From Steroidobacteraceae bacterium (GTDB lineage: Bacteria; Pseudomonadota; Gammaproteobacteria; Steroidobacterales; Steroidobacteraceae), in contig DATKPP010000069.1 of assembly GCA_035524075.1 (NCBI GenBank), positions 3,414 to 67,413 of the forward strand: a stretch of DNA of 64,000 nt, in the 5' to 3' direction. Positions 1-9,261 of this stretch are shown piece after piece; the stretch's first letter is position 1, and every line of letters begins with the position of its first letter. The translations under genes and the position numbers were made by a program. The notes under the pieces were generated by a model. The model searched no databases. It saw only the letters and a program-made list of their open reading frames with translations, and was not told where the DNA came from.

Positions 1-466
1 ACGCGCGATAGCCGATGAGGCCCGCACAGAGCAACGGCGCGGCCTGTGCATCTGCATAGCGCGCCGGAATCTCGCAGCAGTAGCGCGAATCGGCGAGCAC
101 GTATTCGGCGTAGCCCCCATCGAGGGTATAGCCCGTGAAGCGCGCGCGATCGCAGAGATTCTCGCGCCCGCTGCGGCAGTAGGAGCACGTTCCGCAGGTC
201 TCGCCGAGCCAGGGAATTCCCACGCGGTCGCCCACCCGCAGCCGCGACACGCCGCGACCGGTGCGTGCCACCACGCCGACGATCTCGTGGCCGGGCGTCA
301 CGGGGAAGGGGATGTCCGGCAGCTCGCCATCGACGACATGAAGATCGGTGCGGCAGACCCCACAGGCGCGAACTCGCGCGAGAATCTGCAGCGCGCTGGG
401 CTCAGGCAGCGTCACCTCTTGCGCCCGCAACGGCGCACCCGGGGAGTGTGCGCGCAACGCGAGCAT
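1..466 (-). CDS. Zn-dependent alcohol dehydrogenase (MDR family), N-terminal part; the gene runs off the left edge
   Basis: Own minus-strand translation from the ATG at 466: MLALRAHSPGAPLRAQEVTLPEPSALQILARVRACGVCRTDLHVVDGELPDIPFPVTPGHEIVGVV...GDRVGIPWLGETCGTCSYCRSGRENLC. Shows the GHE catalytic-Zn motif and the structural-Zn Cys cluster. Absent from the ORF track because it is truncated. Confidence 0.85.
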   Translation of the reverse strand, partial: MLALRAHSPGAPLRAQEVTLPEPSALQILARVRACGVCRTDLHVVDGELPDIPFPVTPGHEIVGVVARTGRGVSRLRVGDRVGIPWLGETCGTCSYCRSGRENLCDRARFTGYTLDGGYAEYVLADSRYCCEIPARYADAQAAPLLCAGLIGYRA

Positions 467-484
467 GCAATCCCACCCGACCTC

Positions 485-1621
485 TCAGGGCGTTCCCGGT
501 GCGGTAGAGGAAAGCGTGGGGGTCGCCCTCGGACCTGACTGCGTCTGCGGTCCTGCCGACTTCGGCTGCGGGGTCGCGGGGTCGGAGTCCAGGTCCGCCT
601 GGAGTCCCACCGTCACCGGAATGCCATTCGAGACCTTCAGCGTCTGGATGGCGTAATCCCAGTTGATCGCCGCCGTTGTGCTGCCGAGCGCCTGGTCGAG
701 CAGCTGCTCGAACTGCGCGAGCTCCGGTTGGATCGTTTGTCCCTGGTCGTCCACGGGCGGATGGACCTCGAGCAGCAGCTCGCCGTCGACGTAGGCCACC
801 TTCACCGGATCGTTGATGAGGTACACCTTGGTGCCCACCGGTACGGTGGGAAACAGCGCAGCCACATCCTCCGGATACATGCGGATGCACCCATGCGTGA
901 CCGGCATGCCGACCGCCAGGGGATTGTTGGTTCCATGAATGAGATAGTCGCCCGGTTTGACCGCCAGGCGCATGGCGAAGTCGCCGAGAGGATTGGCCGG
1001 TCCCGGCGGCACGACCTTGGGAATCGGGTCTCCGTTTGCCGCGTGCTCCTTGCGAACCGATTCCGGCGGATACCAATACGGGTGCTTCTGCTTCTGGATC
1101 ACCCGGGTAAGTCCCAGGGGTGTCTTCCAGTCCATCTTGCCGATGCTCACGGGGTAGGTGATCACGACGCGCTTGGCGTGCCTCTTCGGCTTTGGATAGT
1201 AGTAGAGGCGGTGCTCGGGAATATTCACGACGATGCCATCGCGTGGGCCGGGTGGCAGGATCCTGCGACCGGGGATGACGATCGCGGTGCCCTCGCCCGG
1301 CAGCCATGGGTCGACCCCGGGATTGGCGCGAATGATCTCCTCGGACCCCAGACCGTACTGACGCGCAATATCGTAGAGAGTGTCCGAATAGCGCGTCTTG
1401 ATATGGATATCCTCGCCGATCACCTGGGTGCTATCCCCCTCGCCGAGCTCGTACACGGCGGCCCGGCCCGGGAGCCATGCGAGCGACAACGCGAGAACGA
1501 GCACGAGCTGGCCGATACGGGGGGGCACAAACGTCTGAATGTGTGTCGGTGTCCGGCTGACATCGCCGGTCGGCGGGTGGTTCTTCCGGTCCGCGCAATT
1601 CGCGCGTGACCGGCCACGCAT
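485..1621 (-). CDS. L,D-transpeptidase (YkuD domain) with LysM-like N-terminal region
   Basis: Track ORF 485..1669. Active-site motif IHGTNNPLAVGMPVTHGCIRM; LysM-like DTLYDIARQYGLGSEEIIRANP; hydrophobic signal/anchor LVLVLALSLAWLP. Start uncertain: TTG 1669, ATG 1621 or GTG 1528. Confidence 0.85.
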   Translation of the reverse strand: MRGRSRANCADRKNHPPTGDVSRTPTHIQTFVPPRIGQLVLVLALSLAWLPGRAAVYELGEGDSTQVIGEDIHIKTRYSDTLYDIARQYGLGSEEIIRANPGVDPWLPGEGTAIVIPGRRILPPGPRDGIVVNIPEHRLYYYPKPKRHAKRVVITYPVSIGKMDWKTPLGLTRVIQKQKHPYWYPPESVRKEHAANGDPIPKVVPPGPANPLGDFAMRLAVKPGDYLIHGTNNPLAVGMPVTHGCIRMYPEDVAALFPTVPVGTKVYLINDPVKVAYVDGELLLEVHPPVDDQGQTIQPELAQFEQLLDQALGSTTAAINWDYAIQTLKVSNGIPVTVGLQADLDSDPATPQPKSAGPQTQSGPRATPTLSSTAPGTP

Positions 1622-1825
1622 TTCCCTGACTTGCTTTAACAAAGCCTGCCCCGTCAATGAGTTGGACAAGGGCCCGCATTGTACGTCAAATCTGATGCCC
1701 GCGGCTGCATGTCGGAGTCACGGAACCCGTGCCAAGCGCGCCTTCGTCGTTGGAGTGAGACATTGGCACGCGAGCCGGTACGAGGCTTGCTCGATCATGC
1801 TCATCCGGTCCACGGGAGTGCTCTC

Positions 1826-2179
1826 ATGAGTTCGACATTTCGCGCCGCGGTGCTGGCCCTCACCCTCTCGCTGGGTGCGACGGGATGCTCGCTGTTTCGC
1901 GCGCACGAGGCTGCGACCACGGCGTACGTCGGCGACACTGCAATCACCACCCGAGTGCAGACGGCTCTCATCCACGACCCCCACATCAGGGCCAGCGAGA
2001 TCGACGTGCAGACGGCTCAGGGTCGAGTGACGCTCGATGGCGAGGTGGACGATGCCGCGATGGCGCAGCGTGCGCTCGAGATCACGCGCGCCACCCCGGG
2101 CGTCCGGACGATCGATGACAAGCTGACCGTTGCAAGCCCCAGCACGGCCCTGAACACGAAGCTGCCCCAGCGGGGCTGA
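1826..2179 (+). CDS. BON-domain lipoprotein (OsmY-like)
   Basis: Internal ATG at 1826 of ORF 1679..2179. MSSTFRAAVLALTLSLGATGC lipobox, then a BON-like segment IRASEIDVQTAQGRVTLDGEVDDAAMAQRALEITRATPGVRTIDDKL. Confidence 0.75.
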   Translation: MSSTFRAAVLALTLSLGATGCSLFRAHEAATTAYVGDTAITTRVQTALIHDPHIRASEIDVQTAQGRVTLDGEVDDAAMAQRALEITRATPGVRTIDDKLTVASPSTALNTKLPQRG

Positions 2180-2234
2180 GTGCGCCCGCAATGCGCTGCG
2201 GTCCGCGGCGCATCCGCTGCTATGCTTCCCGAGC

Positions 2235-2873
2235 TTGCAGCGGGTCAATCTCAAATCAAGCGCATGCGAAGGCGCGCGGCTGCCGCGGTCGTTCTTTAAT
2301 CGCTCCGCGCTCAGCGTAGCCCCTGAGCTTCTCGGTCTACACCTCGTGCGCAACGAGCGCGGGGTGCTGCGCGTGGGGCGGATCGTCGAGACGGAAGCCT
2401 ACATGGGGCCGCAGGACCTCGCCGCGCATTCTGCAGGCGGGCGCCGCACGCACCGCACCGAGGTGATGTTCGGGCCACCCGGCCACGCATATGTCTATTT
2501 CATCTATGGATTCTGGAACTGTCTGAACGTCGTCACCTCCCGGGTTGGCGTCCCGCATGCGGTGCTGCTGCGCGCACTCGAGCCCCTTGCCGGTATCGAG
2601 CACGGCACATGGGGACCGGGGCTTCTGTGCCGCTCGATGGGCATCGATCGCTCGCTCAACGGCGCGGATCTGCGCGGCGATGTGCTATGGCTCGCGAGGC
2701 CACCGCGGCGTGCAGCGCGCGCAGTCCGGATCGCGGCCGCTCCGCGCATCGGGGTGGACTACGCGGGTGAGTGGGCGCGACGGCCCTGGAGATTCTTCGA
2801 TCGGGACTCCGCTTACGTGTCCACGCTCTCGCCGGCGGCGCGCCGGCGGGCGGGAGCGCTGATCAGCCGATGA
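2235..2873 (+). CDS. mpg: DNA-3-methyladenine glycosylase (AAG/Mpg family)
   Basis: [23 protein letters not shown]...[45 protein letters not shown] is typical of AAG-family glycosylases. TTG start at 2235 is the only in-frame start. The 3' end overlaps convergent cysNC by 11 nt. Confidence 0.85.
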   Translation: MQRVNLKSSACEGARLPRSFFNRSALSVAPELLGLHLVRNERGVLRVGRIVETEAYMGPQDLAAHSAGGRRTHRTEVMFGPPGHAYVYFIYGFWNCLNVVTSRVGVPHAVLLRALEPLAGIEHGTWGPGLLCRSMGIDRSLNGADLRGDVLWLARPPRRAARAVRIAAAPRIGVDYAGEWARRPWRFFDRDSAYVSTLSPAARRRAGALISR

Positions 2874-4746
2874 CTCCCCGCGATCGCATCTCCTCGATCA
2901 CCCGGTGGGCCGCCTCCTGGGCAGTCGCATCGCTCGTGGAGATCACCATCTCGGGGTGCTCCGGCACCTCGTACGGTGAGTCGATGCCGGTGAAGTTCTT
3001 GATCTTGCCTGCGCGCGCGCGCGAATAAAGGCCCTTCGGATCGCGGCGTATGCATTCCTCGATCGGCGTATCGATGAAGATCTCGATGAACTCGCCCTCC
3101 CCGACCAGCTCGCGAACCATGCGCCGCTCGGCGCGGAATGGAGAGATGAACGAGCACAGCACCAGGAGCCCCGCATCGATGAACAGGCGCGCGACCTCGC
3201 CCACGCGGCGGATGTTCTCCACACGATCGGCGTCGGTGAACCCCAGATCTCGGTTCAGCCCATGACGCACGTTGTCGCCGTCGAGCAGATACGTGTGTGC
3301 GCCCTGGGCATGCAGCTCCTTCTCGACGAGATTGGCGATCGTGGACTTGCCAGAGCCCGAAAGTCCGGTGAACCACAGGATCGCGGCTTTGTGGCCGTTG
3401 CGGCGCACGCGAGCTTCCCGATCGATCGCAAGACTCTGCAGGTGCACGTTGGTCGCCCGGCGCAGGCCGAACGTGATCATCCCTGCCCCGACGGTCGCGT
3501 TGTTGAAGCGATCGATCAGGACGAAGGCTCCGGTTTGACGATTCTCGAGATAGGGATCGAGCGCCACGGGCGAGGCGGTTACGAGATTGCAGAGGCCGAT
3601 CTCGTTCAAGCCGAGCGTCTTGGCCGCGAAGTGCTCGAGGGTGTTCACGTCCACCTTGTGTTTGAGCGTGGTCACGCGAGCCGGCACGTACTTCGTGCCG
3701 ATGCGCATGAGATACGAGCGGCCGGGCAGCATCGGCTCGTCCGCCATCCACAGGAGGTGAGCCGCGAACTGATCGACGACTTCGGGGCGCGCATCCGCGC
3801 GCGCGAGCACATCACCGCGCGCGATGTCGATCTCGTCGGCCAGCACGAGCGTCACCGCATCTCCCACGCGTGCTTCGTGCTGATCACCGTCCGCCGTGAC
3901 GATGCGCCGCACGATGGACTCCCGTCCCGAAGCAGCGACGACCACCCGGTCCCCCACCACGACCGCTCCGGAGGCCACGCTGCCCGAGTAGCCGCGAAAA
4001 TCCAGGTTCGGCCGGTTGACCCACTGCACCGGAAAGCGGAACGGCCGGTCTAGAAGCCCCGGCTCGGCCTCGACCGATTCGAGATACTCGAGCAGCGTGG
4101 GACCCTCGTACCAGCCCATGCGCGCCGAGCGCCCCGAGACGTTGTCCCCGTAACGCGCCGAGATCGGGATGGGAGTGACCGAGGCGAAGCCCAGCGCCTT
4201 GGCAAACCCGAAGTAGTCCCCCACGATGTGATGGAAACGTTCCGCGGAGAAATCCACCAGATCGATCTTGTTCACGGCGAGCGCAACGTGACGGATGCCG
4301 AGCAGCGCGCAGATGTAGCTGTGGCGGCGCGTCTGGGTGAGCACTCCCTTGCGAGCATCGATGAGGATGACCGCCGCCTCGGAGTTGGAGGCACCGGTTG
4401 CCATGTTGCGCGTGTACTGCTCGTGTCCGGGTGTGTCGGCGACGATGAACGAGCGCAGCGGCGTGCTGAAGAAGCGGTACGCCACGTCGATCGTGATGCC
4501 CTGCTCGCGCTCGGCTTCGAGGCCGTCGACCAGCAGCGCAAAATCCAGCTCCTCTCCTGTCGTGCCATGCTTCGCGCTGTCGCGCCGGAGCGCTTCGAGC
4601 TGGTCCTCGAGGATGAGCTTGCTGTCGTAGAGCAGGCGGCCGATGAGCGTCGACTTGCCGTCGTCCACCGAGCCACACGTGAGAAACCGCAACAACCCCT
4701 TGGTGGGCCCGCTTGCGCCCGCGGCACTCACGACGACCTGCTGCAT
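2863..4746 (-). CDS. cysNC: Bifunctional sulfate adenylyltransferase subunit 1 / adenylylsulfate kinase (CysN-CysC fusion)
   Basis: GTPase motifs [23 protein letters not shown] and NKID. C-terminal APS-kinase P-loop [11 protein letters not shown]. The ATG at 4746 lies 1 nt after the cysD stop (TGAtATG). The track ORF extends to a GTG at 4764. Confidence 0.95.
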   Translation of the reverse strand: MQQVVVSAAGASGPTKGLLRFLTCGSVDDGKSTLIGRLLYDSKLILEDQLEALRRDSAKHGTTGEELDFALLVDGLEAEREQGITIDVAYRFFSTPLRSFIVADTPGHEQYTRNMATGASNSEAAVILIDARKGVLTQTRRHSYICALLGIRHVALAVNKIDLVDFSAERFHHIVGDYFGFAKALGFASVTPIPISARYGDNVSGRSARMGWYEGPTLLEYLESVEAEPGLLDRPFRFPVQWVNRPNLDFRGYSGSVASGAVVVGDRVVVAASGRESIVRRIVTADGDQHEARVGDAVTLVLADEIDIARGDVLARADARPEVVDQFAAHLLWMADEPMLPGRSYLMRIGTKYVPARVTTLKHKVDVNTLEHFAAKTLGLNEIGLCNLVTASPVALDPYLENRQTGAFVLIDRFNNATVGAGMITFGLRRATNVHLQSLAIDREARVRRNGHKAAILWFTGLSGSGKSTIANLVEKELHAQGAHTYLLDGDNVRHGLNRDLGFTDADRVENIRRVGEVARLFIDAGLLVLCSFISPFRAERRMVRELVGEGEFIEIFIDTPIEECIRRDPKGLYSRARAGKIKNFTGIDSPYEVPEHPEMVISTSDATAQEAAHRVIEEMRSRGVIG

Positions 4747-4747
4747 A

Positions 4748-5647
4748 TCAGAAGTAGCCTTCACGCTTCTTCTTCTCCATGGAAGCCAGCTGATCCGCGT
4801 CGATCACCCGCCCGGAGCGCTCGGACGTGCGCGTCGCGAACATCTCCTCGATGATGGCGTCGAGCGTGGTGGCGGTACTGTCGATCGCAGCGCTCAAGGG
4901 ATAGCAACCGAGCGACCTGAATCGCACCGTGCGGATCTCCTCGCGCTCGCCGGGCGCGAGCGGCAGGCGCTCATCATCTCGTACGATGAGCAGCCCGTCG
5001 CGCCGCACCACGGGACGCGGCGCCGCGAAGTACAGCGGCACCACCGGGATATCCTCGGCACGCGTGTATTGCCAGATGTCGAGCTCGGTCCAGTTCGAGA
5101 GCGGGAAGACGCGCAGCGTCTCACCCTTGCCGATGCGCGTGTTGTAGAGCCGCCAGAGCTCGGGTCGCTGATTGCGCGGGTCCCACACATGACCCGGCGA
5201 GCGAAACGAGAAGATACGCTCCTTGGCGCGGCTCTTCTCCTCGTCACGCCTCGCCCCACCGAATGCCGCATCGAATCCAAACTGATCGAGCGCCTGCTTG
5301 AGCGCCTCGGTCTTCATGACCTGCGTATGCAGCTGCGAGCCGGAGGTGATCGGATCGATCCCGCGGGCGCGGCCCTCCGGATTGGTGTAGACGAGCAGCT
5401 TGACGCCGTAGCGCTCGGCGACCCAGTCTCGATGCCGGATCATGTCGCGGAACTTCCACCCCGTGTCGATGTGCAGCAGCGGGAAAGGCGGCTTGCCCGG
5501 ATGGAAGGCCTTGAGCGCGACGTGCAGCATGACGCCCGAGTCCTTGCCGATCGAATACAGCATCACGGGGTTGTGAAGCTCCGCGGCGACCTCCCGCATG
5601 ATCTCGATCGACTCGGCCTCCAGCCGCTTGAGATGAGGCGACAGCAC
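4748..5647 (-). CDS. cysD: Sulfate adenylyltransferase subunit 2
   Basis: [18 protein letters not shown]...[20 protein letters not shown] (PAPS-reductase-like PP-loop). Start chosen as GTG 5647, just downstream of the cysQ stop. The track ORF 4748..5806 overlaps cysQ. Confidence 0.9.
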   Translation of the reverse strand: MLSPHLKRLEAESIEIMREVAAELHNPVMLYSIGKDSGVMLHVALKAFHPGKPPFPLLHIDTGWKFRDMIRHRDWVAERYGVKLLVYTNPEGRARGIDPITSGSQLHTQVMKTEALKQALDQFGFDAAFGGARRDEEKSRAKERIFSFRSPGHVWDPRNQRPELWRLYNTRIGKGETLRVFPLSNWTELDIWQYTRAEDIPVVPLYFAAPRPVVRRDGLLIVRDDERLPLAPGEREEIRTVRFRSLGCYPLSAAIDSTATTLDAIIEEMFATRTSERSGRVIDADQLASMEKKKREGYF

Positions 5648-5652
5648 TGCGA

Positions 5653-6489
5653 TCAGCCCGCAACGGGTCGCGGTGCGAGGGGCCCGCTCGCGATGAAAAA
5701 TGGATTGCGATAGCCCGGTTTGCCGTAGAGCAACGGCTGCCCATCGGCTGCGACCACCGAGCCGCCCGCAGCGAGCACGACTGCGTGACCTGCGGCGGTG
5801 TCCCATTCCATCGTCGGTCCGAGCCGCGGATACAGATCGGCGCTCCCCTCTGCGATCAGGCAGAACTTGAGCGACGAGCCGATCGAGATGCGCTCGGCGA
5901 TCTTGTAGCCCGCCAGGTAGGCCTCGGTCTCTGGGGAGGAATGCGAGCGCGAGGCCACGGCGGTGATTCCCTGCAGCGGCACGGCGCGCACGTGGATGGG
6001 TGTGCGTGCTGGCGCCACATCATCATCCCCGCCCGACTTGCGCGCCTTGTGGAGGTCGAGGTCGCAGCGAAAGACGCCGCCGGCGCTGGCATTCGCTGCG
6101 TACAGCCGACCAAGGCCCGGAGCGTACACGACGCCCATGACCGGCACGCGGTCGCGAACCAGGGCAATATTCACCGTGAATTCGCTCCGTCCGGCGATGA
6201 ATTCCTTCGTTCCATCCAGGGGGTCCACCAGAAAGAACTCCTCCGCGACCGCCGGTACTCGACCTTCCGCGACCTCTTCCTCTGCCACGACCGGCGTGCC
6301 CGGGGAGCAGCGGGCCAGTTGCTCGAGAATGATGGCCTCGGAGGCGCTGTCCGCGAGCGTCACGGGGGAGGAGTCCGCCTTGGCGCGCACAGCGAGGCCG
6401 GTCGATGCATTGCGGTGAATGTCCTGTATCGTGCGCCCGGCATCGATCGCAGCATCGATCATAGCCTCCAGAAGCTCAGTATCTGGCAT
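5653..6489 (-). CDS. cysQ: 3'(2'),5'-bisphosphate nucleotidase (inositol monophosphatase family)
   Basis: IMPase motifs [12 protein letters not shown] and [10 protein letters not shown]. First gene of the cysQ-cysD-cysNC string. Confidence 0.85.
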   Translation of the reverse strand: MPDTELLEAMIDAAIDAGRTIQDIHRNASTGLAVRAKADSSPVTLADSASEAIILEQLARCSPGTPVVAEEEVAEGRVPAVAEEFFLVDPLDGTKEFIAGRSEFTVNIALVRDRVPVMGVVYAPGLGRLYAANASAGGVFRCDLDLHKARKSGGDDDVAPARTPIHVRAVPLQGITAVASRSHSSPETEAYLAGYKIAERISIGSSLKFCLIAEGSADLYPRLGPTMEWDTAAGHAVVLAAGGSVVAADGQPLLYGKPGYRNPFFIASGPLAPRPVAG

Positions 6490-6600
6490 GGGTGAGAACC
6501 TTCACATGAGTTTACCTGTGGCTACATGCAAGTCTGCGGCACCGCACTCAGGTCCGAACTCTGCTTTCCTCGAGAGGACGAAGATCTCGCCCATATGGAA

Positions 6601-6645
6601 TTATATGTCATTACTTATCAATGTACTTTATTCTAAAATTAATCC
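6601..6645. promoter_or_regulatory. AT-rich island (about 20% GC) in the divergent intergenic region upstream of the cysQDNC operon
   Basis: ttatatgtcattacttatcaatgtactttattctaaaattaatcc has 9 G/C in 45 nt, counted by hand, in an otherwise very GC-rich window. Lies 110-155 nt upstream of the cysQ ATG. Confidence 0.35.
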
Positions 6646-6879
6646 TCTACAGGAAGTCTATCCTCCGGCTTGCCCCACGGCCGCGTGCGCGCGTGTGAAT
6701 GGAACGGTCACGCTGCAGGAGCTGTCAAACAATCGAGGTCTTGGAGTTCGTAACTCTTTCTATTTGTAAGGCTTTCTAACCGAGGCCTTTGTGCCGGGCG
6801 TGTCGCAGTCCCCGTCAACGGCCATGGACATGACGCGTTGGGCGACTATCCTCGGCACGGTGCAAGGAGCGGCAGGACA

Positions 6880-7476
6880 ATGGAAACTATGCAAAGCATG
6901 ATGGCACTCAACAGGAGCACTGCTCCAGGGGCCGTGGGGTACGCGGCGGTACGAATGGCCGCAGCGATGCTGCTGGCGTTGACCCTCTACGGATGCGCAA
7001 CTCCGCCCCCACCGCGACCGATGCCACCGCCACCCCCGCCCATGGTGAATACCACCGTCTATGCATATCCGCTGCGTGGCCAGAGCGCGGAGCAGCTTGA
7101 TCGGGACCGTTACGAGTGCTACCTCTGGGCGAAGGGCCAAACTGGCTTCGATCCAAGCGCGCCCAACCTGCCTGCACAAGCGCGCGTACAGGTCGTGGGC
7201 GGCCCGCCCCCGGGAACCGGCACTGCTGTCGGAGCAGTCACCGGTGCCGCGATCGGTGCGGCGATCTCGAGTCCCTGGCAGCGCGGCTTCGGTGCGCTCG
7301 CGGGTGCGCTGATAGGCGGGGCCATCGGCTCGAGCGCCGATGCCGCCCAGCAGGCTCGCGTGCAGCAGGCCGCATCGATGGACAGCGCCGAGTATGCAGC
7401 CGTCGCGCACCAGGCCGCCGACTATCGGCGCGCCCTCAGCGCCTGCCTCGAGGGGCGCGGCTATAGTGTGCATTGA
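6880..7476 (+). CDS. Lipoprotein with a glycine-zipper segment and a conserved two-Cys module
   Basis: AGGAG 11 nt upstream of ATG 6880. Lipobox LTLYGC, Pro-rich linker, glycine zipper GTAVGAVTGAAIGAAI...GALAGALIGGAIG. Module DRYECYLWAKGQTGFDP ... ACLEGRGYSV. Confidence 0.7.
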   Translation: METMQSMMALNRSTAPGAVGYAAVRMAAAMLLALTLYGCATPPPPRPMPPPPPPMVNTTVYAYPLRGQSAEQLDRDRYECYLWAKGQTGFDPSAPNLPAQARVQVVGGPPPGTGTAVGAVTGAAIGAAISSPWQRGFGALAGALIGGAIGSSADAAQQARVQQAASMDSAEYAAVAHQAADYRRALSACLEGRGYSVH

Positions 7477-7509
7477 GTGATCGTGTGGATGTTCAGGAGT
7501 CGTGACACC

Positions 7510-8280
7510 ATGATGCGGTGGTTATCGTTCGAGCGCTCCCGAGAGTCGTTGATCGGGCTTTGTGCAGCACTGGCGATCGCGCAAATGCTGGCGACGGCAC
7601 CGGTGCACGCGCAGGAGCACTTCGACCGGGGCCGTGGTCCGGAGCGCGGGGCAGGCCACTTCGATCCGGCGCACGACCATTTCGACCGCTTTAGCCGTGC
7701 GCGCTTCTATCCCAACCGGGGAACCGTGGTGGGCGTCCTGCCGGCCCAGCACTACGACGTCGCCTTCGGCGGCAGCCATTATTTCTTCGCCGGCGGCGTC
7801 TGGTACGCCCCGCGCGGCGGGGTCTTCGTGGTGGTCGCCCCTCCCATCGGGCTCTTCCTGCCCGTGTTGCCGCCGTTCTACACCACGGTGTGGGTGGCCG
7901 GCGTGCCGTACTACTACGCCGATGACGTCTATTACGTGTACCGGGGACCGGCCGTCGGATACGAGGTCGTGGGGCCTCCTCCGGGTCAGGAGGTTGCGGC
8001 GGCACAGCCCGGGCCACCCCCAGGACCAGGAGCGGGGCCGGGCCCGGGCGCAGGTCCCGGAGCCGGCCATCAGCTGTTCATCTATCCGCGCAATGGCCAG
8101 ACGGCGGACCAGCAGGCGCGTGACCAGTACGAGTGCCATACGTGGGCGCAGGGTCAAACAGGCTTCGATCCCACAGCGCCGAGTGGCGGTGTGCCACCTG
8201 GCCAGGAACCCGCTGCGCGCGCCAACTACGATCGTGCGATGGCAGCCTGCCTCGACGGGCGCGGCTACACCGTCCGGTAG
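7510..8280 (+). CDS. Exported protein of unknown function sharing the two-Cys module with the upstream gene
   Basis: AGGAG upstream of ATG 7510. Signal peptide MMRWLSF...LAIAQMLATAPVHAQ. Tyr/Pro-rich core (VWVAGVPYYYADDVYYVY), GPG low-complexity tract, C-terminal DQYECHTWAQGQTGFDP ... ACLDGRGYTVR. Confidence 0.65.
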   Translation: MMRWLSFERSRESLIGLCAALAIAQMLATAPVHAQEHFDRGRGPERGAGHFDPAHDHFDRFSRARFYPNRGTVVGVLPAQHYDVAFGGSHYFFAGGVWYAPRGGVFVVVAPPIGLFLPVLPPFYTTVWVAGVPYYYADDVYYVYRGPAVGYEVVGPPPGQEVAAAQPGPPPGPGAGPGPGAGPGAGHQLFIYPRNGQTADQQARDQYECHTWAQGQTGFDPTAPSGGVPPGQEPAARANYDRAMAACLDGRGYTVR

Positions 8281-8307
8281 CAGCGCGGGGCTCCAGCGCG
8301 TTGCGCG

Positions 8308-9192
8308 CTAGCGGACACCGCTTTCGCGCAGAATCTGTGGGATGTGCGCCTCCCACCCGAGTGCCATCACGTGAACGCCGCTGGTCACGGCGCGCAGCCC
8401 GCGGACCAGCCGCACCGCGATGTCGAGCCCCACCTGTTCCTCGCGCCCCGCATCGGCCGCGGCACGCATCTCCTCGAGCAGCTCGTCCGGCACCCGGATG
8501 CCAGGCACATTCGCGTTGAGCCATGCGGCCATCTTGGCCGACTTGAGGGGAATGATGCCGGCAAGCAAGGCAACATCACCGAGCTTCGCGGCCTGGATGT
8601 AGCGCTCGACGACTGCAACGTCGAAAATCGCCTGAGTCTGCAGGAACCGCGCACCGGCCTCGATCTTTGCGCGTGTCCCCTCGAGCTCCTTGGTGAGGTC
8701 GCTCGCGCCGGGGTTCGCCGTGGCTCCAATGAACAGCTCGGGCTTGCCCTTGAGCTCGTTGCCCGCCAGGTCGTGTCCGCTTGCCAGACCGCGCGCTGCG
8801 CGCAGCAGCTCCACGGTCGTCAGATCGAAGACCGGCTTCGCATCGGGGTGGTCGCCGTTCTTGGGCTGATCGCCCGTCATGAAGACGAAGTTGGTGACCC
8901 CCAGAGCGGCCGCTCCGAGCAGATCGGCCTGTACGGCGATGCGGTTGCGGTCACGCGCGGTGATCTGGACGATGGGCTCGACGCCATGGTCGATCAAGAG
9001 ATGAGCGACCGACTTGGGCTCGATCGCCATGCGTGCGCGCGGGGATTCGGTGAGATTCACCGCATCGACGCAGGGCTTGAGCAGCTCGGCCTTCGCGAAC
9101 AGATCGGAAAGATCGATGCCCTTCGGAGGCGTCAGCTCCGTGGTGACGGCGAAGCTGCGCGAGCGTAGCTTCTCCTCGAGTTTGCTCGTCAT
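8308..9192 (-). CDS. metF: Methylenetetrahydrofolate reductase family protein
   Basis: FAVTTELTPPKG, ITARDRNR, ARFLQTQAIFD and GIIPLKSAKMAAWL resemble the MTHFR (MetF) TIM-barrel family. Subtype and cofactor cannot be told from sequence by eye. Confidence 0.7.
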   Translation of the reverse strand: MTSKLEEKLRSRSFAVTTELTPPKGIDLSDLFAKAELLKPCVDAVNLTESPRARMAIEPKSVAHLLIDHGVEPIVQITARDRNRIAVQADLLGAAALGVTNFVFMTGDQPKNGDHPDAKPVFDLTTVELLRAARGLASGHDLAGNELKGKPELFIGATANPGASDLTKELEGTRAKIEAGARFLQTQAIFDVAVVERYIQAAKLGDVALLAGIIPLKSAKMAAWLNANVPGIRVPDELLEEMRAAADAGREEQVGLDIAVRLVRGLRAVTSGVHVMALGWEAHIPQILRESGVR

Positions 9193-9261
9193 GGGGAACT
9201 GGCTTCAGGGCTTTCCGCGTACAATCCTCGATGCACCCCATATTGCCACCGGGCTTCTCGC

